A stretch of 64,000 nucleotides of DNA, taken from NCBI GenBank assembly GCA_028867335.1, contig JAGWGN010000002.1, positions 9,829 through 73,828 of the forward strand, read 5' to 3'. The stretch is from Candidatus Micrarchaeota archaeon (lineage in GTDB: Archaea; Micrarchaeota; Micrarchaeia; Micrarchaeales; CABMGC01). Below, piece by piece: positions 36,072-45,446 of the stretch. The position numbers and the translations under genes were made by a program. The stretch's first letter is position 1; the number at the start of each line of letters is the position of its first letter. The notes beneath the pieces are model-generated. The model searched no databases and had not been told where the DNA came from. It saw only the letters and a program-made list of their open reading frames with translations.

Positions 36072-36581
36072 TCACTGTGGAGGTGAAATAATGAGTGTGT
36101 TGGTCGTCTTGCCAGCATCATATTTGAAGTAAACCTTGTGGCCAAGCTGTATCCTGTCCAGAAGGCCGGCCCTGTGCAGCCTATTTAGCCTTGCACATGC
36201 CGCGTTTCGTCCCTTGTAGTTCATCTGTCCCTTTATGTCATCCGCGCAGACCATTCCCTTCGCCTGTGCGATTTCAAGTATCTTAGAATCAAGATTTGAT
36301 AGCGGTATCTCCCTGTTTGTTCCCATAGGGACCTCCATGCCCCTGTCGACCTCCTCCATTGAGGTGAGCTCCTCCTCGAGCCTCTTGAGCCTGTCGAATA
36401 TCCCTCTGAGCACCTTGTCTCTCTTTGCGTTCTCGTCAAGCATGTACTTTACAAGCGCTGAGACGCCGCTGTTCCCCTCGACCTCCTCGACTGCATTTCC
36501 GGCCTTCGATAGCTTCTCCACGACCTTCTTTAGGTCCTGGATTTCCTGTTCCATTTTGCTATTTTTGGCCATTTTTACCAT
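36072..36581 (-). CDS. coiled-coil + C-terminal winged-helix DNA-binding protein (putative regulator)
   Basis: 169 aa. C terminus ILEIAQAKGMVCADDIKGQMNYKGRNAACARLNRLHRAGLLDRIQLGHKVYFKY is MarR/TrmB-like wHTH. Confidence 0.55.
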   Translation of the reverse strand: MVKMAKNSKMEQEIQDLKKVVEKLSKAGNAVEEVEGNSGVSALVKYMLDENAKRDKVLRGIFDRLKRLEEELTSMEEVDRGMEVPMGTNREIPLSNLDSKILEIAQAKGMVCADDIKGQMNYKGRNAACARLNRLHRAGLLDRIQLGHKVYFKYDAGKTTNTLIISPPQ

Positions 36582-36612
36582 CTTTTGGATTTCGACGACA
36601 ATCCGTCGAAGT

Positions 36613-36744
36613 TCGTGATTCCAACATCCCCTCTTCGTGAAAGAATCACGATGGAATCACATAATTGAATGGTTGTAAACATTAAGATATTTAAAGCTTG
36701 CGCCATTTGGGTAACTTCCCATCAAAGAATCAGTTGGGAATCAC
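36613..36744. promoter_or_regulatory. cluster of GGAATCAC(G) motifs in a 240-bp divergent intergenic region
   Basis: CGTGATTCC at 36614-36622 (inverted), GAATCACG at 36643-36650, GGAATCAC at 36653-36660, GGAATCACG at 36737-36745. TATA-like AGATATTTAAAG and AAGATATATAGG also occur in the same region. Confidence 0.4.
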
Positions 36745-36821
36745 GCGCTACACATAACCCCCAAGTGCGATTGTTCCACGTAAAGATATATAGGTATCTG
36801 AGGTGAAAGGTAGAAAATAGA

Positions 36822-37328
36822 GTGATTAGTGTGCAGCAGGTCTTAATTCCAGTCAAGAGGGCAAAACTCCTATCGGACAAGAAGCTACTTGAGTCGATAG
36901 AGAAGAGGCTTGGCTGCAAGATCCACATAGAGGAGGACAACCAGGTTGTGATCGAGGGCGAGGCGTACGAGGAGTACAACGCCAAGAACATCATCTCCGC
37001 CTTCGGCAGGGGATTCGACATCAACCAGGCGTACTCCCTTCTCTCGGAGGAGTACTTTTTCACCCCCATCAACCTCAAGGAGCTCTTTCGCAACAAGGAC
37101 CAGCTCATGAGGATAAAGGGCAGGATAATCGGGGAGAACGGCAAGACAAAGGAGTACATAGAGTCGGTCAGCGGGGCGAAGATGTGTATCTACGAGAGCA
37201 CTGTGAGCCTGATCGGCACAATAGACCAGATAAAGATAGCAAACGTTGCGATAAATATACTCCTGGAGGGGGGAACGCATAAAAAGGCATACAGAGTAAT
37301 GGAGAAAGCAAGGCGTGAGCTTAGGTAG
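36822..37328 (+). CDS. KH-domain RNA-binding protein (archaeal Dim2/Pno1-like)
   Basis: 168 aa. Two KH-like units, the second with the GxxG loop RIIGENGKTKEYIE. GTG start. Confidence 0.7.
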   Translation: MISVQQVLIPVKRAKLLSDKKLLESIEKRLGCKIHIEEDNQVVIEGEAYEEYNAKNIISAFGRGFDINQAYSLLSEEYFFTPINLKELFRNKDQLMRIKGRIIGENGKTKEYIESVSGAKMCIYESTVSLIGTIDQIKIANVAINILLEGGTHKKAYRVMEKARRELR

Positions 37329-37336
37329 GCGATCAT

Positions 37337-38971
37337 ATGGCGGAGAAGAAAGGGGCTGAAGAGATATTCAAGGAGTTCAAGGAGCACTCGATATCCGAGT
37401 TCTTTCGAAAGAACAGGCAGATGCTCGGATATGCAGGAAAGGTAAGATCATTAACCACAGTCATTCACGAGTATGTTACAAACACCCTTGACGCCTGCGA
37501 GGAGGCTGGAATTCTCCCAGAGGTCAGCGTCAAGATAAAGTCGACCGGCGAGGAGAGGTATCTTGTAATCATCAAGGACAACGGGCCCGGAATCCCAAAG
37601 AAGATAGTGGGAAAGGCGCTTGCAAACGTGCTATCCGGAACAAAGTTCCACAGATACATGCAGCAGCGAGGCCAACAGGGAATCGGGGCAGCAGGGTGCA
37701 CGCTGTTCTCCCAAATCACTACGGGAAAGCATATACACGTAAAATCGGGAACGGGAAAGGAGGCTTATGAGTGCGACCTTGGAATCAGCATCAAGGACAA
37801 CAAGCCCGTGATTGAGAACCTAGTCGAGCTAGGAAAGGATTCTGTCAAGGGGGTCGTGATTGAGGCAGAGTTCGGAGGGGTTAAGTACGAGAACGGCGAC
37901 CACGGCGTATATGAGTACCTAAAGAGGACCGCGCTTGTGAATCCGCACATCAGCATAAAGCTAATCGACCCTGATGGGAAGGATTTCGTGTTCCCAAGGT
38001 CTGTGAATGAGATGCCAAAGAGGCCAAAGCAGATACAGCCTCACCCGTTGGGGATCGAGTCAAGCGACCTCCTCGACTTTGCGCACATAACCGAGTCCCA
38101 GAAGCTCTCCTCATTTCTTGTCGAGGCATTTGCAAGGGTGACACCAAACAAGGTTAACGAGCTCAGGGAGCTGCTGCCAAAGATGGATTTTGCAAAGAGC
38201 CCGAGGGAGCTCACATGGGACGAGGCGCAGGAGCTTGTCAACGCATTCAAGAAGATAAAGTGGATCGCCCCGGACATGGACTCCCTCTCCACAATAGGGG
38301 AGAAGCAGATAGAGGCGGCGATAAAGAACATACTAAACCCTGAGTTCCAGGCGGTGGTCGAGAGAAAGCCGAAGGTCTTCAGGGGCGGGATACCCTTTGT
38401 TGTCGAGATAGGGATTGCATATGGGGGGAACGCCGGTAAGGTAACGGACAGCGGGCCGAGCGGAAACATACTAAGATTCGCAAACAAGGTTCCGCTGCTC
38501 TTTGACGGAGGGACATGCGCAATAACTGAATCGGTGCGCGGGCTGCAGTGGAAGAGATACAACATTGACGACTTCGAGAAGTCGCCGATCAGCATACTAG
38601 TCAGCGTCTCATCCGTATACATACCCTACGCGGGCGTCGGAAAGCAGTCGGTCGCCCAGGAGGAGGAGATAATCGAGGAGGTCAGGCTCGCGGTCATGGA
38701 TGCGCTGAGGATACTGCAAAGATACCTAAGCGGGGTTCGAAACAGGACCACTGCCGAGACAAAGTACAAGACGATAATGCGATACGTGAGCCAGCTTTCA
38801 GCGGACCTTGGCGAGCTCACCGGAATGAAGAGCGATGCGATAGAGGCGTCCCTCAAGTCACTAATCGATGGCAAGTACAAGAAGCTCTTTGAGGACGAAA
38901 AGGCAGCCGCCCAGGCTGAGGAGGAGGCCGCCGCTGCCGAAGAAAAGACGGCAAAGGAGGAAGAGGAATAG
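37337..38971 (+). CDS. top6B: DNA topoisomerase VI subunit B
   Basis: 544 aa. Bergerat ATPase motifs VIHEYVTNTLDACEE, IKDNGPGIP and GQQGIGAAG, a transducer-length C terminus and an acidic tail. Confidence 0.95.
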   Translation: MAEKKGAEEIFKEFKEHSISEFFRKNRQMLGYAGKVRSLTTVIHEYVTNTLDACEEAGILPEVSVKIKSTGEERYLVIIKDNGPGIPKKIVGKALANVLSGTKFHRYMQQRGQQGIGAAGCTLFSQITTGKHIHVKSGTGKEAYECDLGISIKDNKPVIENLVELGKDSVKGVVIEAEFGGVKYENGDHGVYEYLKRTALVNPHISIKLIDPDGKDFVFPRSVNEMPKRPKQIQPHPLGIESSDLLDFAHITESQKLSSFLVEAFARVTPNKVNELRELLPKMDFAKSPRELTWDEAQELVNAFKKIKWIAPDMDSLSTIGEKQIEAAIKNILNPEFQAVVERKPKVFRGGIPFVVEIGIAYGGNAGKVTDSGPSGNILRFANKVPLLFDGGTCAITESVRGLQWKRYNIDDFEKSPISILVSVSSVYIPYAGVGKQSVAQEEEIIEEVRLAVMDALRILQRYLSGVRNRTTAETKYKTIMRYVSQLSADLGELTGMKSDAIEASLKSLIDGKYKKLFEDEKAAAQAEEEAAAAEEKTAKEEEE

Positions 38972-38978
38972 CCCTAAT

Positions 38979-41366
38979 TCAGAAGACAATCTGGTCCAAA
39001 TTGTTTGCGTCAACAAGCCTAATGTATCCGTAGGAGATGCCGATCTTTAGCATCTCAGCCTGGTTTCCGTACGATTTGTAGAGCTTCTCGGTGAATCCAA
39101 GCATCTTCTCCTCATCGGCGAACACGATGTAGGTCTTGAAGTTCGGCGCGACCTCTATGTTTCGCATTGTGCCTAGGCTTGAATAGATGACTATGTGCGT
39201 CTGCGCCCCGCTCTTGCTGAGTGTTATGTCTGCGGCCTCGCTTGCACCCACGTCGGTGAAAAGAAGCGCGTGCCCGACGCAGTAGTCCCTGATCCTTCTG
39301 AAGACGGAGAGATACTCTATATCGTATCCCGAGTCGCTCATCCACTTCTTCGGTGCATAGTATCCTCCGGATGAGACGATGTCCCCGTCAACAATCAGCC
39401 TGCTCATTATCAGGGCGGCATTCTGCATCGTTATCGAGACAGGTATGTTGTTGTAGCGGATGTTGTTGCTCACCCCACTCTTTATCTCCTCAAGGGTGAG
39501 CGGCATGTACTTCCAGTGGTAGAGGAAGTTGACCTTGTCGAATACGTTTAGTATCTCGCCGCGGTTGATCTTGACGTTCACCTTCTTCGCCTGCTGGAAC
39601 TCAGGGACGTCTATATAGTACTCGTCGCGGTTTGGCGGCTTGATGATCAGATTCAGTATCAGCACCGCAAGGCCGACAATCACGAACTCGATGTATATTG
39701 TGGGGATGTTGAGGACCTGCTGGGTGTTTGCGGCTACGTAGCTGTACTTGGTGTTGAAGATGTGCAGGTTGAAGGTCTCCGGTCCGTATCCGATAACTGT
39801 TCCCTTCGGCAGTGAATACGTTATAACCCCTCCGCTTAGCACACCGTTGTATGTGTAGGCGCCGTTTAGGTCCATGGAGTAGGTTGCGTTCGATATAGGG
39901 AAGTTATTGCTCTGGGCAAGGAAGCTGAACGTCCCGTTCGCAAATCCTAGGCTTATCGGGGTGAGCGTCACGCTTGTCACGTTCACTATCGCGCTTGAGT
40001 AGTACTTGTTGAAGAAGTTGCGAAGAACCGCTATGTATGTGCCGCTGGGGATCTGGAAAGAGTAGTACTTTATTATGTCGATGTTTGATGTGGTGTTGAA
40101 GAAAGGTATCGGTATTGCGGCTACAAAGCTGAGGTTCTTGTCGTATAGGTCGATGTGCGGAATCACCAGTTGCGGCGTCGTGGAGTTGACGTTTATCGAC
40201 ACCCCTATCGGCACGCTCTGCGACTGGCCTACGTAAGTGGGCAGCGAGAGGGTGCCGTTTGAGGCATATACGAGGTTTACCGGAATCTGCCTTTCGAGGA
40301 AGTCTGCCGAGTTTCCGACCACTGCGGTCAGAACAGCGTACGAGGCGTTAATTCTCCTCCCTACTCCTCCGGTGTTGTTTATGCTGCTTGCGAATGCTGG
40401 CACCCCTATGGTCGCGCTTTCGCCAGGAATGGTCGTTATGTAGGAGCCGCTTGCTATGTCGTCCATCCAAAAGTGCAGGCTTATCGCCCTTGCTATGTCT
40501 TTTGCGACGTTCGTGCTGTTGCCCCATCCGGATTTTTGCGTATTTGAAAACGAAACCACAGATCCGTTCGCCGTGCTAAGATACGAGGCGGAATACTGAT
40601 AGCCCCCAAGCCTGAAGCCAAATGTCGTGTTCTTGAAATCGAAATAGTTGTTCGTGAGGTTTGTGTTCCTAAACGGTCCGGAATCAAGCCCGATCCGCGC
40701 AATTGCCGTCAAAGTGGCGTTTGACGAGGAGAAGATGACCCCTCCCGGGCCCGAGCTTCTGCTGAAGTTGTCCCCAATATAGAGTATGGTGTCGCTGTTG
40801 TTTATTAAAGTTAGAAGGTTCTCCGATCCGGAAAGCTGGAAGCCGGACTGCGGCAGCATGTATACCGGGAGGAGCCCCGAAGGAACGATTATGGTGGAGC
40901 CGGCAGGCACCGAGGAGAGCTGGCTTGGGTTTATGTAGAAGAGCCTGTTTGTCGCTCCGATCACCCCGTATTTCCTTAGGTAAATGCTGACGTTGGAGAA
41001 AACCGCCAAGTCGCTGTAGCAGTGGTAGCAGTAGTTTGTGGTATTTAGGTAATAGATGTTTGGCAAGGGGTTCTTGGTATAAACGTCAAGGAACAGCTCT
41101 ATTTCGCTGAGGTTTGCCGAGGTGTATCTTGCGACAGCGTAAGGCACAAGCAGCTGCGCGTTGCTGTATGTGGCCACTCCGCTTGACACAAGTGAGACGT
41201 TGAAACTGATCGGGCCGGATACCTGGACCGGGGCCTTGGGTATCGCAGCAAAGGCGCTCTGGGTGTAGATTATTATCCCCGCGACAAGAAGCACTATGGC
41301 GATTATCGGCACCGCTATTATCGCGATCCCCATTTTTTTAGAATTCTCCGCCATCCAACCAGCCAC
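38979..41366 (-). CDS. bitopic surface protein: N-terminal anchor, ~520-aa sequon-rich ectodomain, second TM, ~215-aa cytoplasmic domain
   Basis: 795 aa (GTG at 41366, or ATG at 41354). TM1 is IAIIAVPIIAIVLLVAGIIIY and TM2 is IYIEFVIVGLAVLILNLII. There are many N-x-S/T sites. Last gene of the long - strand operon. Confidence 0.6.
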   Translation of the reverse strand: MAGWMAENSKKMGIAIIAVPIIAIVLLVAGIIIYTQSAFAAIPKAPVQVSGPISFNVSLVSSGVATYSNAQLLVPYAVARYTSANLSEIELFLDVYTKNPLPNIYYLNTTNYCYHCYSDLAVFSNVSIYLRKYGVIGATNRLFYINPSQLSSVPAGSTIIVPSGLLPVYMLPQSGFQLSGSENLLTLINNSDTILYIGDNFSRSSGPGGVIFSSSNATLTAIARIGLDSGPFRNTNLTNNYFDFKNTTFGFRLGGYQYSASYLSTANGSVVSFSNTQKSGWGNSTNVAKDIARAISLHFWMDDIASGSYITTIPGESATIGVPAFASSINNTGGVGRRINASYAVLTAVVGNSADFLERQIPVNLVYASNGTLSLPTYVGQSQSVPIGVSINVNSTTPQLVIPHIDLYDKNLSFVAAIPIPFFNTTSNIDIIKYYSFQIPSGTYIAVLRNFFNKYYSSAIVNVTSVTLTPISLGFANGTFSFLAQSNNFPISNATYSMDLNGAYTYNGVLSGGVITYSLPKGTVIGYGPETFNLHIFNTKYSYVAANTQQVLNIPTIYIEFVIVGLAVLILNLIIKPPNRDEYYIDVPEFQQAKKVNVKINRGEILNVFDKVNFLYHWKYMPLTLEEIKSGVSNNIRYNNIPVSITMQNAALIMSRLIVDGDIVSSGGYYAPKKWMSDSGYDIEYLSVFRRIRDYCVGHALLFTDVGASEAADITLSKSGAQTHIVIYSSLGTMRNIEVAPNFKTYIVFADEEKMLGFTEKLYKSYGNQAEMLKIGISYGYIRLVDANNLDQIVF

Positions 41367-41521
41367 TATACCTCGTCAACCTTCTTCTTCTTGAGTATGT
41401 ATTTGTCGACGAACTTTTCCATGAAGTCGCTTGCGGCATTGCTGCTCTGGTTGACTCTCTTGATCACGTTGTAGACCCTCACGTAGCGGAACTTCTTGTT
41501 TACCGTAGCGAGATATTTCAA
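41366..41521 (-). CDS. possible small basic protein (51 aa, TTG start)
   Basis: My own translation: (M)KYLATVNKKFRYVRVYNVIKRVNQSSNAASDFMEKFVDKYILKKKKVDEV*. It fills the otherwise empty 160-nt gap in the operon. It is below the ORF-track length cut-off and uses a non-ATG start. Confidence 0.25.
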   Translation of the reverse strand: MKYLATVNKKFRYVRVYNVIKRVNQSSNAASDFMEKFVDKYILKKKKVDEV

Positions 41522-41528
41522 GTGACCA

Positions 41529-42251
41529 CTAACTCTTCAGCTCGACGTATCCGAGCGAGACCATCTTGTCGAGTATCTGCTCGATCCTCGGCGCAGCGAT
41601 CTTGTAGTTCGCCGCAAACTCGGTTATGTCGATCGAGTTGTTGTGGGTGACTATCCAGTCCTGCACCATCGCCATCAGCGCCTCGTCGGAGTATGTCTGC
41701 AGCGCCTTGAGCTGCGCGCGCAGCTGCTTGTCCTCCTCGTCAAGCTGCGTCGTCTGTATCGTGAGGTTGCGGTTTGCCGAGGAGAGCTCTAAATTCAGCC
41801 TCCTTATCTCCCTGTACTCGGATAGAAGCGAATCGTACTTGTTGAATAGGGTGCTGTAGCTCTGGGAGAGGCTGTTTAGCACGTCATCGACAGAGGAGTC
41901 TATGTACTGGAAGAACTTCACGCTGTCGATCTGGTATGAGTCGTTGATCATAGAGAGGATGGAGGCGAGGTTCTTGATGACATACAGCCTCCTCACCTTC
42001 TCGCTGGTGTCAGGGGCTATGGAGTAGATCACGTGTATGCCGTCGCTCTTGATGTTTATCAGGTAGAATAGGAACGGTTTCTTCTTGATGTTTCTGCTCT
42101 CGACCTTCGCGATGCTAAGCTCCTCGCCGTTTAGCTTTACTGAGAAGAAGGGGATTGCAGAGAGCTTATCCTTTGCCTGCTCGAGCGTGCCGGTGAGCTT
42201 GCCTGGGAAATCTATCTCCTCAACTCTTGGCACAATCTCCTCATCAGGCAA
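41529..42251 (-). CDS. hypothetical protein with coiled-coil and C-terminal wHTH-like domain
   Basis: 240 aa. C terminus ITEFAANYKIAAPRIEQILDKMVSLGYVELKS. The central part has leucine heptads. Confidence 0.5.
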   Translation of the reverse strand: MPDEEIVPRVEEIDFPGKLTGTLEQAKDKLSAIPFFSVKLNGEELSIAKVESRNIKKKPFLFYLINIKSDGIHVIYSIAPDTSEKVRRLYVIKNLASILSMINDSYQIDSVKFFQYIDSSVDDVLNSLSQSYSTLFNKYDSLLSEYREIRRLNLELSSANRNLTIQTTQLDEEDKQLRAQLKALQTYSDEALMAMVQDWIVTHNNSIDITEFAANYKIAAPRIEQILDKMVSLGYVELKS

Positions 42252-42302
42252 TGGATCACTCTCTAGATATAGCGTATACTACCTATTAAATATATTTATT
42301 GC

Positions 42303-42776
42303 TTACTTCGGCTGCTTTGCGGCGATTTTCGGGGTGTAGTTTAGCAGCGAAAGCAGGTAGAGGAAGACAACAAGCGCTATCGAGACCGCAATCGAGGTTA
42401 CGCTCGGCGAGAGTATTATCCCAAGGAGCGCAAATACGATCCCTATGCCCACATACACCGCCTGCCTCGACTCGTAGGCCTTGCGGCTCTGCTCGTATCC
42501 GAGCCTCTCGACGCTGTTCTGCGAGTGCCTTCCCGCGTCCTCCAGTATGACCACGCCCTCACCCTCAAACTTTGGGTTTACCGCGGCGTCCTTTGTCGCG
42601 TGCATATGCCTTGGGTAGCACTCCTTGCACCAAATCAGCCTGTTGTTCATGACTTTCAGGTGCAGCTTCTCCTTCACAAAGCGTATTGCGCGTATGACAT
42701 AGTCGACCTCAACCTCAAGGCCGTTCCTCTCGTTTCCGCAGCACACGCATACGCTCTTTTTTGCCATAACCATCAC
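42303..42776 (-). CDS. zinc-ribbon (CxxC...CxxC) protein with two C-terminal TM helices
   Basis: 157 aa. CVCCGNE...WCKECYP at the N terminus, then VYVGIGIVFALLGIIL and IAVSIALVVFLYLLSLL. Confidence 0.5.
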   Translation of the reverse strand: MMVMAKKSVCVCCGNERNGLEVEVDYVIRAIRFVKEKLHLKVMNNRLIWCKECYPRHMHATKDAAVNPKFEGEGVVILEDAGRHSQNSVERLGYEQSRKAYESRQAVYVGIGIVFALLGIILSPSVTSIAVSIALVVFLYLLSLLNYTPKIAAKQPK

Positions 42777-43072
42777 TCTATGCTAAGCACGACGATCTTG
42801 CCGAAAGTCTCGTTTATCTTCTCCTCGTCAAGAGCGTTGAATATCTCCGTTATGCTGATATCATCAATCCCCATCCTTCGAAACACGTTTGTTATGTCCC
42901 CCTGTTTTAGCCCCACCTTCTGGAGCATCCCGGCAAACGAGACCGCGTTTACGTGCCTGTGGAGCCTGTTGAGGTTCGCCTCAAGCTCATCCACGCTCTT
43001 GTCGTTCACCTTGAGCATCGCCAGCATCTTCTTTAGCTCAAGCCTGTTCACTACAAATGTGGATCCCGCCAA
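42773..43072 (-). CDS. small helical protein paralogous to the C-terminal tail of the VirB4-like ATPase
   Basis: 99 aa. RHVNAVSFAGMLQKVGLKQGDITNVFRRMGIDDISITEIF aligns with the ATPase tail RQLDVRGFVEILNEFKVDKQNIILLMRSIGLQDMIITRVF. Confidence 0.5.
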   Translation of the reverse strand: MAGSTFVVNRLELKKMLAMLKVNDKSVDELEANLNRLHRHVNAVSFAGMLQKVGLKQGDITNVFRRMGIDDISITEIFNALDEEKINETFGKIVVLSIE

Positions 43073-43076
43073 ACAA

Positions 43077-44585
43077 TCACGTCGCTATATAGGTGAACAC
43101 TCTGGTTATTATCATGTCCTGCAGCCCGATGCTTCGCATCAGGAGTATGATGTTCTGCTTGTCCACCTTGAACTCGTTGAGTATCTCAACAAACCCCCTA
43201 ACATCCAGCTGCCTGTTGTGCTCGTCAAGCCTCCTGAATATGCTCTCTATGACCTCGATGCCTATGTTGCTCTCGATAAGCTTGCTTCGCAAATCGATCT
43301 TCTCGAAGTAGTACTCCTTCTGGATCTCAGCGTTCTCAAGCTCGTCCTGGTTTAGTATGTCCCCTGTCGAGATCGTGTAGACGTCAAGCGGAATCTCCCC
43401 CACCACCTTGTCGATCACGAATATCTCCGGGAACTGCACAGATGTCTGGAAGGACATGTCCACTGCCGCCTGCCCGACCCCGAACTTGCTTATCTCCTTC
43501 CTTATGAAGTCGGAGAAGTTGAGCGAGCCCTGCAGATAGTTCATGAACTTCTCGAACTTTATCCTGAGCATGATTGTCGTGCCGACGTTGGAGAAGATCG
43601 CCTCGTTGATGTCGGTCGGGTTCTGCGATGCAACGATCAGCCCGAACTGGTACTTTCTTCCCTCTCTGACTATCATCACCGCGTCGCTTCTCTCGTCGCT
43701 TGCCACTTTCCACGCCTCGTCCAGCACTATTATTGCGCGAAGCCCCTTTGATGCGCTCCATCCCTCGCTTCTCATCTTCTCCTTCAGCGACTGGAGGATG
43801 AAGAGCGCGGCAAGCGCCCTGAAGCTCTCGTCAGGAAGACCGGAGATGTCCAGGTCGACAAGCCCGGAGGACACCAATTTTCCAAGGTCGAGAGTGCTCT
43901 TCCTTGCGAAGTAGTCCTCTCCCTCCCTTGCGAACTGCCTTAGCCTGTAGATTGCGTTCTCAAGCTCTGCCGGATACTCGTAGGTTCCGTCCTGCAGCTT
44001 TTCCTCAAGAATCGAGATAACTCCCTTTAGCGTCGGCGCATCCTTCTTCGGGTCAGGGATTGCAGCTAGGCTAAATCCTGCGTTGACATAGGTCTGCTCG
44101 ATCGCCTCCATCGTGAGCCTCTTCTGCTCCGGGTACTGCGAGATGTCGGTGAGGATCTCAAAGGAGCTGATTATCTGCTTTGCTCGGTCCAGCGGCTTCA
44201 TCCCGGAGAGGTCCATGATGTTTAGGTAGTCCCCCTTTGCAAGAGAGATGACCGTCCCCCCGCTCTGCTTTACCCAGGCGCGGTATTCCCCAGCCCAGTC
44301 GATTATGATCGCGTTCGTGTTCCAGACGTAGCTTGCGCGGATCAAGAATGTCTTCACAAAGAAGCTCTTACCTGCTCCCGTGATTCCCACGACCGCAAGG
44401 TGCGGGTTCGTGAGGTTCTGGAAGCTCCAGGAGAAGGGTGCATTGAAAACCTTGGTTATACCCACGAAGATCGAGTTCGTAGGGTCGTTGAGTAGGTACT
44501 CATGGGGCGGCTCAGGCGGCCTGCTGAGGAAGACTCGCTTTGCGAGCTCGTTGCTCATCAGGTTTTGCGCCCTTACCAATGTCAT
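43077..44585 (-). CDS. VirB4/TrbE/CedB-like conjugation-type ATPase (ATPase domain only)
   Basis: 502 aa. Walker A VVGITGAGKSFFVKTF, Walker B AIIVLDEAWKVAS (DEAW as in VirB4/TraC-type ATPases) and GLIVASQNPTDI. There is no TM segment and no N-terminal VirB4 domain in this ORF. Confidence 0.75.
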   Translation of the reverse strand: MTLVRAQNLMSNELAKRVFLSRPPEPPHEYLLNDPTNSIFVGITKVFNAPFSWSFQNLTNPHLAVVGITGAGKSFFVKTFLIRASYVWNTNAIIIDWAGEYRAWVKQSGGTVISLAKGDYLNIMDLSGMKPLDRAKQIISSFEILTDISQYPEQKRLTMEAIEQTYVNAGFSLAAIPDPKKDAPTLKGVISILEEKLQDGTYEYPAELENAIYRLRQFAREGEDYFARKSTLDLGKLVSSGLVDLDISGLPDESFRALAALFILQSLKEKMRSEGWSASKGLRAIIVLDEAWKVASDERSDAVMIVREGRKYQFGLIVASQNPTDINEAIFSNVGTTIMLRIKFEKFMNYLQGSLNFSDFIRKEISKFGVGQAAVDMSFQTSVQFPEIFVIDKVVGEIPLDVYTISTGDILNQDELENAEIQKEYYFEKIDLRSKLIESNIGIEVIESIFRRLDEHNRQLDVRGFVEILNEFKVDKQNIILLMRSIGLQDMIITRVFTYIAT

Positions 44586-44617
44586 AATATCATCTTCTAT
44601 TACAGGTTAAAAATACC

Positions 44618-45445
44618 TCACTTTTGCACATTGAACAGCCCCTCAAGCTCCGACGTGCTTGTCGGTATGAAGTATCCGAATCTGAAGAGTATGTTAAGCT
44701 CCCTTCCGACAACCCTTGTTATGCTCAGGTCCATCGAGTTGAACACTGTCTGGAGCTGGTTGATCTGGTTTGTGAGCGCATCCGCAGCCGCCTTCTCGCT
44801 GACTCCCACCGCGATGCTCTCGATATACATCACGCTGCCCACCGGCCTCTCACCTGATGAGAGCCTCTCTATCCTTGACTGGATCACGTTTATCCTCCTC
44901 TGGAAGTCGTCGATCGTTAGCTGGTTCGGGCTCGCAGCCTGCATCTCCTTTGAGAGCTGGAACTCGAGGAAGCCCCTCTTCCCCTCAAGGTCCTCTCGGT
45001 ACGCCTGTATCTCGTTTGCGTAGGTTATCAGGTGGAACTTGAATGGGAACTTCACGTTCATCACTATCCTCTCCCACTTCTCCGGCCCGGATGCGAGCTT
45101 CTGTTCCTCGCTAACATCGACCCGCTCCGCCGCGAAGACGTAGTTGTAGACGTTTGCGGTCAGATATCCAGTCGCGTAGTAGAGCCCGTTTACGTTCTTT
45201 ATTATGCAGTTCTGGTTCTTTGGTATCATGTAGTTCTTTGCCGGCACGGTCTTTATCCCCAGCACTATCGTGACTATCGGGAAGAGTATGAAGTCTGCAT
45301 AGTTTATTATCGCGATTATTATCAGCGTGACTATCGAGAGCACTATCGCGACAATCGAGAGTGGCCCGTAGTTTGCCGAGAAGAATATTGCGATGAGTGC
45401 GACTATCCCAGTGAATCCCAGATAGATTATAGTTTCCTCGTCCAT
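44618..45445 (-). CDS. membrane-anchored protein, paralog A (VirB3/VirB4-N-like candidate)
   Basis: 275 aa. 2-3 N-terminal TM helices, then a ~190-aa soluble domain (IIKNVNGLYYATGYLTANVY...FKFHLITYANEIQAYREDLEGKR...). Same architecture as the adjacent 276-aa protein, with 1 nt between the two genes. Confidence 0.55.
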   Translation of the reverse strand: MDEETIIYLGFTGIVALIAIFFSANYGPLSIVAIVLSIVTLIIIAIINYADFILFPIVTIVLGIKTVPAKNYMIPKNQNCIIKNVNGLYYATGYLTANVYNYVFAAERVDVSEEQKLASGPEKWERIVMNVKFPFKFHLITYANEIQAYREDLEGKRGFLEFQLSKEMQAASPNQLTIDDFQRRINVIQSRIERLSSGERPVGSVMYIESIAVGVSEKAAADALTNQINQLQTVFNSMDLSITRVVGRELNILFRFGYFIPTSTSELEGLFNVQK

Positions 45446-45446
45446 G

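Noticed and set aside
38979-39620. Possible PD-(D/E)xK nuclease fold in the cytoplasmic C-terminal domain of the 795-aa protein (FTDVGASEAADITLSK)
   Set aside because: The only support is a loose D...E.x.K-like string. There is no further motif support, and I cannot verify the fold by eye.
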